Assembly: GCA_046483765.1 (NCBI GenBank)
Contig: JAWOCO010000383.1
Span: 1 to 42,610, forward strand
Length of the DNA: 42,610 nt
Direction of reading: 5' to 3'
DNA from: Alkalispirochaeta sp.
GTDB taxonomy: Bacteria; Spirochaetota; Spirochaetia; DSM-27196; Alkalispirochaetaceae
Shown here: one piece after another, positions 9,054 through 16,584 of the stretch
Layout: every line of letters begins with the position of its first letter
Position numbering within the stretch: the stretch's first letter is position 1
Made by a program: the position numbers and the translations under genes
Notes under the pieces: generated by a model
Database searches by the model: none
What the model saw: the letters and a program-made list of their open reading frames with translations, nothing else
Told to the model about the DNA's origin: nothing

Positions 9054-10179
9054 ACTGGAAGCGGGACAGCGTTTTTCAAAACCCGTCTACATGGACGAGG
9101 ACAATCTCTTTGTGCCGGAGGGACTTCCCATTAAGGAACGCGATATCGAGCGTTTGCGCAAATGGGGAGTGCAGGAAGTATACACCGACGGCGAGCCGAT
9201 TTCCGATGACCCACAGCAGGCGCTTAACGCCTTTTTCCTTAAGGCGTTTACCAGTCCGGCGCAGAAGGCAATTACGAAAGAGTATGGCGCGCTCAGAGAT
9301 GCTCTCATGGAGTTTTTCGGACACATCAGGTCCGGGGAGAAAGTGGAGCAGGAGGTGGTTACCGGGTTAGTAGACCGGCTGCTGCGCATGCTCAACGGTG
9401 GCAGTGGTGACGTGATCCAGTACATGCTCTACGGCATGCAGGGGGAGACCGGAGATATCGAGAACGCTTTGAACGTGGCGATCCTATCCGCCTTGGTCGG
9501 TCAAAAGCTTCAAATGGCGCGCCACCGCATCCTGTCGCTGGTGACGGCGGGACTGTTGCATGATGTGGGTATGATGCGCGTGAACCCGGAAATTGTGAAC
9601 AAACAGGGAAAACTTACCCCCGAAGAACGTCGTCAGATCCAGACCCATCCCGTTCACTCGTATCGAATTATCACCCGGGACTTAGGTTTTGGCGAGGAAG
9701 TGGGAATCCCGGCGCTGCAACACCAAGAGCGCTGGGATGGTGCCGGATATCCCCGCAAACTCGCGCGCGATGCGATCCGGCTGGAGGCGCGGATCATCGC
9801 GGTAGCCGATTCCTTTGTGGCGATGGTTTCAAATAAGCCGTACCGTACCTCGATGATCGGTTACACTGCGATTCGGAATCTGCTCAGCGATAACGGCACG
9901 CGCTTTGATCCGCAAGTTCTCAAGGTCTTTATTCAGGTGCTCGGTATCTATCCGATCGGAAGTATCGTGTTGCTCAGTGATAGTAGTGTCTGTCGTGTCA
10001 TCGAGAACCGAAGCGCATCTCCCCTGAAACCACTGGTGAAGGTGATTATCGATGCTGAGGGCCATGAGTTTATCGAGGATAACGGACCCGAGGTGGATCT
10101 GGCTCAGAACAAACAGCTCTTCATCGCGAAGGCCGTGGATGCGAACTCCCTGGCGGATCAGCACCGCACCGGGAAGTAA
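9031..10179 (+). CDS. HD-GYP domain protein (c-di-GMP phosphodiesterase family, partly degenerate)
   Basis: LLHDVG, THP, HQERWDGAGYP, ARIIAVAD, KPYR, FDP motifs; N-terminal DUF3391-like segment. Confidence 0.88.
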   Translation: MKKISVSELEAGQRFSKPVYMDEDNLFVPEGLPIKERDIERLRKWGVQEVYTDGEPISDDPQQALNAFFLKAFTSPAQKAITKEYGALRDALMEFFGHIRSGEKVEQEVVTGLVDRLLRMLNGGSGDVIQYMLYGMQGETGDIENALNVAILSALVGQKLQMARHRILSLVTAGLLHDVGMMRVNPEIVNKQGKLTPEERRQIQTHPVHSYRIITRDLGFGEEVGIPALQHQERWDGAGYPRKLARDAIRLEARIIAVADSFVAMVSNKPYRTSMIGYTAIRNLLSDNGTRFDPQVLKVFIQVLGIYPIGSIVLLSDSSVCRVIENRSASPLKPLVKVIIDAEGHEFIEDNGPEVDLAQNKQLFIAKAVDANSLADQHRTGK

Positions 10180-10198
10180 GTGCGGGAGGTGTCGATAG

Positions 10199-10579
10199 AT
10201 GCCTCCTACTCCCTCCTCACACGACCGTGGCCGTCTCGGCGAAGATCGGGCCACCGAATATCTCTCCGCAAAAGGTTATAAGATTCTCGAACGCAACTTT
10301 AGAACTCGGTGGGGAGAGGTCGATATAGTATGTGAGACTGGACGGGAAATCGTGTTTGTCGAGGTGAAAAGCTGGCGATCATTAGATCATAGAGCGCTGG
10401 AGCAGGCGATAGATCGCCGAAAACAGCGTCGCATCGTGGGCGCCGCACGAAGTTACCTTCACGAAAGATCCTCCGCTCTCCATGAAATGTCTGTGCGGTT
10501 TGACGTGATATTTGTGCCTGCTGATACAGGCGCGGTACGTCATATCAGGGGAGCTTTTGACTCGGAATGGCCAGAGTAG
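10199..10579 (+). CDS. YraN family (UPF0102) PD-(D/E)xK protein
   Basis: GRLGEDRA, GYKILERNFR, GEVDIV, VFVEVK, RFDVI. Confidence 0.92.
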   Translation: MPPTPSSHDRGRLGEDRATEYLSAKGYKILERNFRTRWGEVDIVCETGREIVFVEVKSWRSLDHRALEQAIDRRKQRRIVGAARSYLHERSSALHEMSVRFDVIFVPADTGAVRHIRGAFDSEWPE

Positions 10580-10779
10580 CGCGTAAAATTGACTACACAC
10601 GAATCCGCCGTCTCCAGGAACAGATCGATGATCCTGAATACGTGGAGGGAGCAGTAGAGCGCCTCGCCGGAAGAATCACAGATCGAATCCTCGGCCTGGA
10701 CGGGGCCCAACCGACGCTTCAACGGGCGGAGAGATCTTCTAAGAACGACATCGCCCGCCTTCTGATGGAAGAGGAGTAG
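10567..10779 (+). CDS. Small hypothetical protein resembling the FlgM C-terminal helices
   Basis: Overlaps the yraN end; RIRRLQEQIDDPEYVEGAVERLAGRI. Confidence 0.55.
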   Translation: MARVARKIDYTRIRRLQEQIDDPEYVEGAVERLAGRITDRILGLDGAQPTLQRAERSSKNDIARLLMEEE

Positions 10780-11456
10780 GTTCCGCCGGATAGGGCAACC
10801 AGCGCTTCCAGTACCGCAGGGTGTTCCGCATTCCACACCCGTCCAGACAACTGTTGGGTTGCGCTGAGCAGCCGGGCGATCTCCTCGGGAGAATCGTTGC
10901 GCTTGACCGCCCGGAGAAGGGTTTCACCCACGGTGCGGTAGTCGCTGTCGGGGTCGCTTCCGGGAATACGGGCCAGCAGCTGGGCGGCGGAGGCTCGCAC
11001 CGTGCCGTCGGCGTCGATGCGCACCGATTCCCGTAACTGTCCCCGGGCGGGTTCGCCGCCAAGGTCTGCAAGTACCTGCAACGCCAGCAGGCGAGTAGGG
11101 GCGTCTACGGTATAGCCCTGCGGGGTTTCCAGGATCCGATATTCCATACCCAACAGATCCACCACCAGGGGTGTCGCTGCCAGTCGCATGGAGGCGCGAC
11201 CATAGGTCTCGATATCAGAGCGAATCATGCGCAGCGCCTGTCGTTGGAGCCCGGGAGAACGGCTCTCCAGGCGGGCCCGCGTTTCCAGGGCACGGCGCTC
11301 CACCTCCGGCGAGACGGAGCCAACCGGTATCCAATCAGGGCCGTCACGTGGATCAGGTTGGTCATCCGCGGAGAGACCCGCCCCAAGCAGCCCGGCGATT
11401 AACAGACAGCACACGGTGAGGCGAAGACTGGAACGGTAAACGTGGTGCAATGACAC
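10719..11456 (-). CDS. Exported HEAT-repeat-like protein
   Basis: Signal peptide-like N-terminus; helical repeats (RLLALQVLADLG, VRASAAQLLARI). Confidence 0.7.
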   Translation of the reverse strand: MSLHHVYRSSLRLTVCCLLIAGLLGAGLSADDQPDPRDGPDWIPVGSVSPEVERRALETRARLESRSPGLQRQALRMIRSDIETYGRASMRLAATPLVVDLLGMEYRILETPQGYTVDAPTRLLALQVLADLGGEPARGQLRESVRIDADGTVRASAAQLLARIPGSDPDSDYRTVGETLLRAVKRNDSPEEIARLLSATQQLSGRVWNAEHPAVLEALVALSGGTYSSSIRRRAMSFLEDLSAR

Positions 11457-11486
11457 GGAGTAGAAGCGTGCCGATGGGGACGGGTC

Positions 11487-11515
11487 TTGTCAACGCGGCA
11501 TCAGGGCAATAGTAT
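11487..11515 (+). promoter_or_regulatory. Sigma70-type promoter of coaD (leaderless geometry)
   Basis: TTGTCA-17 nt-TAGTAT, 7 nt before ATG 11523. Confidence 0.6.
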
Positions 11516-11522
11516 ACCAGGA

Positions 11523-12026
11523 ATGTTGCGTGCATTGATGCCCGGCTCCTTCGATCCGCCCACCAACGGACACCTCAATTTGATTCAACGAGCGGTGAAT
11601 ATCTACGATCATCTGGATATCGTCGTTGCTCAGAACTCCCAGAAGACGTACACCTTCGATGCGGAGGAACGTCTGGAAATGATGAAGTCGCTCACTGCTG
11701 GGTGGGATTCCGTCGAGGTGCATCTGTGGGACCGCATGATTGTGGAGTTTGCGCGCCAGGTGGGGGCGCGCATTATGATCCGCGGAGTTCGGGCCCTTTC
11801 CGACTTCTCCTATGAGTTTGAGCTTTCCATGCTGAACAAGGGGCTGGATCCGGAAATTGAGACGATTTTCATGCCTACCGATGCTCAGTACTTTGTACTT
11901 CGCTCTTCATCGATCAAAGAGCTGGTGAGATTGGGTGGTGACGTGAGCGCCATGGTACCTGCCAGCGTGGAAGAGCAGCTTCGCAAGAAGATTTCTCCGG
12001 CGCCGTCGGTTTCCGGCCGAGGTTGA
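11523..12026 (+). CDS. coaD: Phosphopantetheine adenylyltransferase
   Basis: PGSFDPPTNGH, IRGVRALSDFSYE, SSSIKEL. Confidence 0.97.
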   Translation: MLRALMPGSFDPPTNGHLNLIQRAVNIYDHLDIVVAQNSQKTYTFDAEERLEMMKSLTAGWDSVEVHLWDRMIVEFARQVGARIMIRGVRALSDFSYEFELSMLNKGLDPEIETIFMPTDAQYFVLRSSSIKELVRLGGDVSAMVPASVEEQLRKKISPAPSVSGRG

Positions 12027-12052
12027 CAAACCGGATGAGGCGCATTTATTAT
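12023..12052 (+). promoter_or_regulatory. Sigma70-type promoter of rpmF-acpP-rnc
   Basis: TTGACA(12023-12028)-18 nt-TATTAT(12047-12052). Confidence 0.7.
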
Positions 12053-12103
12053 CGCCAGACCTGATTACGCAACTGAATCGTGATGTGAGAGGAATAGATA
12101 GTC

Positions 12104-12292
12104 ATGGCTGTACCCAAGAAGAAGCATTCGAAATCGAGAACGCGGCGTCGCCGCAGAATTAACGGTAAGCTCGGTCTGCCTACGTTGGTGACCTCCCCGG
12201 AGTCCGGTGAGTTGGTTCGCCGCCACAGGGTTGATCTCTCGTCCGGTTTTTACCGGGGCAAGCGAGTGATCAGCGAAGACGAGTTAAGCTAA
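12104..12292 (+). CDS. rpmF: 50S ribosomal protein L32 (Cys-free form)
   Basis: MAVPKKKHSKSRTRRRR...HRV...GFYRGK. Confidence 0.95.
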   Translation: MAVPKKKHSKSRTRRRRRINGKLGLPTLVTSPESGELVRRHRVDLSSGFYRGKRVISEDELS

Positions 12293-12327
12293 CACCGCAC
12301 AGGCTGATATACAGGGAGGATTCCACT

Positions 12328-12564
12328 ATGGATGAGCTGTTTGAGAAGATGAAGAAGTTGATCGCCGAGAAGTTGGAGATCGATGAAGAGAAAATTACCC
12401 CCGAGTCTTCGTTTCGTCAGGACCTCGGCGCGGATAGCCTGGACACCTACGAGCTGGTGTATGCCATTGAAGAGGAAATGGGCATTTCCATTCCTGATGA
12501 GAAGGCAAACGAGTTCGAGACGGTAGGTGACGCGCTCGATTTCTTGAAGAGCCAGCAGAAGTAA
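12328..12564 (+). CDS. acpP: Acyl carrier protein
   Basis: DLGADSLD phosphopantetheine attachment motif; SD GGAGG. Confidence 0.97.
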   Translation: MDELFEKMKKLIAEKLEIDEEKITPESSFRQDLGADSLDTYELVYAIEEEMGISIPDEKANEFETVGDALDFLKSQQK

Positions 12565-12608
12565 CGTTACCGCCGGGTCGTTATGGCCCGGCTGGTCGGA
12601 TTGCCTGT

Positions 12609-13442
12609 ATGTTTCGCCGAAGTCAAGACGAGGGCAATCCCTTAGATCAGGCCCGAAAGAAAGAGCTCCAGCTGTTTGAAAACCACGCCGGTGTACGCTT
12701 TCGGAAGCTCGAGCTGCTCAATCAGGCGTTTTCCCATCGGTCGTATGCTAATGAGATGGGGGAGGCGGTTGCTAATAATGAGCGGCTCGAGTTTCTGGGG
12801 GACTCGGTCCTGGGACTCGTGGTAGCTGAGTACTTGTACCAGGAGCTTTCTGATCGACCTGAAGGGGATCTGGCCCGCATAAAGAGCTACGTGGTCAGCG
12901 AGGATAGTCTGGCCGCAATCGCGCGCCGTTTGCGCATCGATAACTATATCCTCATCGGGAAAGGCGAAGAGCATTCCGGTGGTCGTGGCAAGAAAGCGAT
13001 TCTCGCCGACGCACTGGAGGCGATTATCGGTGCGCTCTTTGTAGACTCAGGCTTCAAAGTCGCCCGCAAGTTCACCCTGACCTCCTTAGTACCGGAAATA
13101 CGCAAAGTCCTCGAAGACCGTCATCGCAAGGACTACAAGACGCTTCTCCAGGAATTCGTCCAGAAACGATACAAGGCATATCCTCAATATTCTTTGCTCA
13201 AGCGTACCGGACCGGACCACGATCGGACGTTCTGGATCGAAGTCACCGTGGGGGACACGGTATATGGCCCGGGAGAGGGCAAGAACAAGAAGGAAGCGGA
13301 GCAGGCGGCAGCACAGCTCGCCTGGGAGGCGCTGGCCGAAGCGGAGCGTACCGAGGATGTTCCCGAATTCACAGTGAAAGGGAAGGGGAAAGGGTCCGGT
13401 GCGTCCCGTTCCCGGCGCGCGCCCCGCTCGTCATCCAAGTAG
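12609..13442 (+). CDS. rnc: Ribonuclease III
   Basis: NERLEFLGDSVLG, ADALEAIIGA, dsRBD (DYKTLLQE..GPDH..KKEAEQAAA); basic C-terminal tail. Confidence 0.98.
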   Translation: MFRRSQDEGNPLDQARKKELQLFENHAGVRFRKLELLNQAFSHRSYANEMGEAVANNERLEFLGDSVLGLVVAEYLYQELSDRPEGDLARIKSYVVSEDSLAAIARRLRIDNYILIGKGEEHSGGRGKKAILADALEAIIGALFVDSGFKVARKFTLTSLVPEIRKVLEDRHRKDYKTLLQEFVQKRYKAYPQYSLLKRTGPDHDRTFWIEVTVGDTVYGPGEGKNKKEAEQAAAQLAWEALAEAERTEDVPEFTVKGKGKGSGASRSRRAPRSSSK

Positions 13443-13454
13443 AACGTGATCCGG

Positions 13455-14813
13455 CTATCGCAGCCGGGTATCCGTAAATCTTCGCGCAATTTCCAGGAGT
13501 GCCTCGCGCGTGTTCATCTGTGGATCATCCAAAACGGTACTCAACAACTCCTCCAGGATCGTTCCGATGTGCGGACCCGGTTTAAGGTCCAGTTCGTGCA
13601 TCAGATCCCGACCGTTCAGGGCCAAGTCCTTTACCGTGAGCGCCGCATTGTCCTGGATTATGCGTTCAATCCTGCGCTCCAGTTGGCTCAGGGTGCGGTC
13701 GGACGGGGGTGAGCCGGTTTTCCCGCAGATATCCGCCCGGCGAAGGGTCACCAACGGCAGTGCAGCCTCGGCTCCCACCCGCGATACGAATCGCCGGAGG
13801 GCAGCATCCGAGGACTCTCCGGTAACGCCGAACATATGGTGGCGAACCAGATGAGCTACGGAGTCGATGAGCCGTCGCGAGGCACGGAGCCGCAGTAACA
13901 GATCTGCTGCCATCTGAGCGGAGGACTCGTCGTGGCCGTGAAAGTGGACGCCGCGCTCATCGTAGGCCAGGCACCGTGGTTTCCCCACATCATGGAGGAG
14001 GGCCGCCCAGCGGAGTACCTCGTCCTCCTGGGGCGCGCAATCGCAACTGGCCACCAGATGCTCGAAGAGGCCGCTCAGCACGTGCTCCTGCGGATCTGGT
14101 ACCTCTGAGACCGATTCGTACTCCAGCAGCTCAGGCGCGATCAGCGAGAGCAGGCTGCTCTCGTTCAGGAGGCGCCATCCTCTCGAGGGGGCGGCTGCCG
14201 TAATCATCTTGGAAAGCTCTTGCAAGATACGTTCCGGGGCCACCGCGGATATCTCCTCCCTTCGGGGAGCGATCGCTGCAAAGGTATCGGCGTGAATCTC
14301 GAAATCCAAAGTGGTAGCAAACCGGATCGCCCGGATCATTCGCAGGGCATCCTCGCCAAAGCGTTGGTTGGGGTCGCCCACGGTTCGCAGGATTCGTCGC
14401 TGCAGATCGTCCTGGCCGTGGTGGGGGTCGGTGAGCTTCCCGGTCAGCGGATCGGCGGCGATCGCATTCACGGTGAAGTCTCGTCGCATGAGGTCCTCTT
14501 CGAGGGACCGAGTGAAGGTGACCGAGTCCGGACGGCGATGGTCTTCATACCCGCCGTCGACTCGGTAGGTGGTGACCTCGAAGTGGTGTCCCTCGAAAAG
14601 GACGGTCACGGTGCCGTGCTGAATCCCGGTGGGAATGGTGGCGCGAAAGAGCTGTTGTACCTCCTGGGGCGTGGCGGAGGTGGCAAAGTCGTAGTCGCTG
14701 ACTCGGCGCCCCAAAAGGGAGTCCCGGACAGCACCACCCACCACCGATAGTTCGTGGCGCGCGTCGGAAAAGACCTGAGCAAACCGTTTGACACGGCGTG
14801 GTATCGAAATCAT
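13455..14813 (-). CDS. cca: CCA tRNA nucleotidyltransferase with HD domain
   Basis: VGGAVRD, DYDFAT, EVTTYR, DLMRRDFTVNA, EDALRMIRAIRF, LLHDVGKP; start ATG 14813 (MISIP). Confidence 0.9.
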   Translation of the reverse strand: MISIPRRVKRFAQVFSDARHELSVVGGAVRDSLLGRRVSDYDFATSATPQEVQQLFRATIPTGIQHGTVTVLFEGHHFEVTTYRVDGGYEDHRRPDSVTFTRSLEEDLMRRDFTVNAIAADPLTGKLTDPHHGQDDLQRRILRTVGDPNQRFGEDALRMIRAIRFATTLDFEIHADTFAAIAPRREEISAVAPERILQELSKMITAAAPSRGWRLLNESSLLSLIAPELLEYESVSEVPDPQEHVLSGLFEHLVASCDCAPQEDEVLRWAALLHDVGKPRCLAYDERGVHFHGHDESSAQMAADLLLRLRASRRLIDSVAHLVRHHMFGVTGESSDAALRRFVSRVGAEAALPLVTLRRADICGKTGSPPSDRTLSQLERRIERIIQDNAALTVKDLALNGRDLMHELDLKPGPHIGTILEELLSTVLDDPQMNTREALLEIARRFTDTRLR

Positions 14814-14819
14814 ACGCCG

Positions 14820-14848
14820 ACGGTAGCGGCGGGTGAGCCGCCTGTCAA
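14820..14848 (-). promoter_or_regulatory. Sigma70-type promoter of cca (leaderless geometry)
   Basis: Minus strand TTGACA-17 nt-TACCGT-6 nt-ATG. Confidence 0.65.
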
Positions 14849-14885
14849 TCAAGCGCGTCACCGCTACCGTGGCGTGCCGGGGGAC

Positions 14886-14922
14886 AAAAAAAAAGAGGAT
14901 GCCCCGAGAGGCACCCCCTTTT
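14886..14922 (-). terminator. Rho-independent terminator of flaB
   Basis: Minus strand GGGGGTGCCT-CTCG-GGGCATCCTC followed by 9 T. Confidence 0.88.
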
Positions 14923-14940
14923 CCGCTTGGGTTAGGGTTA

Positions 14941-15813
14941 TTACTGCAGGAGCTGCAGTACGGACTGCGTCGACTGGTTGGCTTGTGCCAGCATAGCGTT
15001 GGAGGACTGCGCAAGAATCTGATTCTTGGTGTAGTCCACAACCTCTTCGGCCATGTCGACGTCGCGAATGCGGGACTCCGCGGCCTGCAAGTTTTCGGCG
15101 CCGATACTCAGACCCTCACGAGCCATGTCGAGACGGTTCTGGTAGGCACCCAGGTCTGCGCGCTGTTTGCTGACCGTTCTCAGCGCACTATCTAACATCG
15201 CGATCGACGAGTTCGCCGAGTCCGGTGTAGAGAGGCTGATAAAGCTTGCCGTGTGCGGCAGTCCGGAGGTGCTCTGCAGACCAAGGCCCTGGGCGGTCAT
15301 CGTTCCGATGTACACCTGTTCACGCTGGTCCATGTTGGCTCCAATATGGAACCACATGCTGGCGGTGACCGTGTTGGTCCCCGTCTCCTGCGCGAAGCGG
15401 CCGGTCAACAGATTCATTCCGTTGAACTGCGCGTGAGAGGCAATGCGGTTCACTTCGTCTACCAGCTGCGAAACCTCAACCTGGATCTGCATACGATCCT
15501 CGTCGGTATAGATTCCGTTGGAAGACTGAACCGCCAGCTCACGAAGGCGCTGCAGAATGTCTTGGGTTTCCTGCAAATACCCTTCCGTGGTTTGGATGAG
15601 GGAAATACCGTCCGCTGCGTTCCGTTCAGCCTGATTCAGACCGCGGATCTGGGACCGCATTTTCTCGCTCACCGCGAGACCACTGGCATCATCACCGGCG
15701 CGGTTGATGCGCAAGCCGCTGGACAGTTTCTCCTGGTTCCCTTGAACCTCGAAGTTGTTAAACTTCTGCTGTCGCTGAGCAAACATCGCGCTCATGTTGT
15801 GATTGATGATCAT
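14941..15813 (-). CDS. flaB: Periplasmic flagellar filament core flagellin (FlaB class)
   Basis: [58 protein letters not shown]; 290 aa with no large variable domain. Confidence 0.97.
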   Translation of the reverse strand: MIINHNMSAMFAQRQQKFNNFEVQGNQEKLSSGLRINRAGDDASGLAVSEKMRSQIRGLNQAERNAADGISLIQTTEGYLQETQDILQRLRELAVQSSNGIYTDEDRMQIQVEVSQLVDEVNRIASHAQFNGMNLLTGRFAQETGTNTVTASMWFHIGANMDQREQVYIGTMTAQGLGLQSTSGLPHTASFISLSTPDSANSSIAMLDSALRTVSKQRADLGAYQNRLDMAREGLSIGAENLQAAESRIRDVDMAEEVVDYTKNQILAQSSNAMLAQANQSTQSVLQLLQ

Positions 15814-15814
15814 A

Positions 15815-15852
15815 TCATCCTCCTTGATGAAATTGCTAGGACATCCTTGTCC
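15815..15852 (-). promoter_or_regulatory. Two CsrA-type GGA hairpins in the flaB leader
   Basis: GGACA-AGGA-TGTCC (15852-15839) matches ACARGGAUGU; TCATC-AAGGAG-GATGA (15830-15815) holds the SD. Confidence 0.8.
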
Positions 15853-15861
15853 TTACTCTGA

Positions 15862-15888
15862 GCATCGGAGTGGCAACGCCGCACCTTA
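15862..15888 (-). promoter_or_regulatory. Sigma28 (FliA)-type promoter of flaB
   Basis: Minus strand TAAG-15 nt-TCCGATGC versus consensus TAAA-N15-GCCGATAA. Confidence 0.75.
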
Positions 15889-15931
15889 ACTAATTTTGAC
15901 CGGATCTGGGCGATCGCTGTAGGATGGAGCG

Positions 15932-16576
15932 GTGAACGACTATAAAGGTTTAGTGATAACCGGCGGAAACGCGCCTGCTGGAGGAATAACCTTCGCGGCG
16001 CGATCCCACTGGGTGGTGGTAGCTGCTGATTCAGGGCTCGAGTACGCGGCATCTCACGGAATAACTCCGGATGGAATCGTGGGAGACATGGATTCGATCA
16101 GTGACCGTGATCTCGTAAATTCGTTTCCCGAGGCGAAAATCGAAGAATATGCCCGTGCGAAAGATTGGACCGATACGGAGATAGCCATGGATTTTCTCTG
16201 GAAGCGGTCGATAAATGACATTAGTATTGTTGGTGGAGGGGGTGGACGGCTCGATCATCTTATGGCAATTCTTGCCCTTTTTGAGCGTTCTCGTTATCCC
16301 CGGCAGTGGTTCACCGATCAGGAAGAGATTACGGTCATCGACGATACCGTGGAGTTTCCCGGGGAGTCCGGGGAGACGGTTTCGCTGTTTCCCACCGGAC
16401 CTGATGCGGTGACGATGAGAAGTTCCGGACTGAGATGGCCCTTGGATCAGTTCACGTGGCGACACGGTGATGTGGGGGTCAGCAATAAGTGTACAGGAGG
16501 ACCATGCCGAGTAACCGTACAGAGCGGGCGACTCCTTATGGTACGCGCGCTCCCGTGGGAAGTGCGACTGACATAG
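15932..16576 (+). CDS. thiN: Thiamine diphosphokinase
   Basis: VAADSG, IVGDMDS, KDWTDTEIA, GGGRLDH, GLRWPL, GVSN. Confidence 0.93.
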   Translation: MNDYKGLVITGGNAPAGGITFAARSHWVVVAADSGLEYAASHGITPDGIVGDMDSISDRDLVNSFPEAKIEEYARAKDWTDTEIAMDFLWKRSINDISIVGGGGGRLDHLMAILALFERSRYPRQWFTDQEEITVIDDTVEFPGESGETVSLFPTGPDAVTMRSSGLRWPLDQFTWRHGDVGVSNKCTGGPCRVTVQSGRLLMVRALPWEVRLT

Positions 16577-16584
16577 GACGTCAC

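Noticed and set aside
10199-10579. YraN nuclease plus HD protein as a defence system
   Set aside because: YraN commonly sits near rplS in housekeeping context, and the HD protein is HD-GYP type rather than Cas3-like.
14814-15041. N-terminal extension of the cca ORF into flaB
   Set aside because: It crosses the flaB terminator and the cca promoter; homology begins at MISIP (14813).
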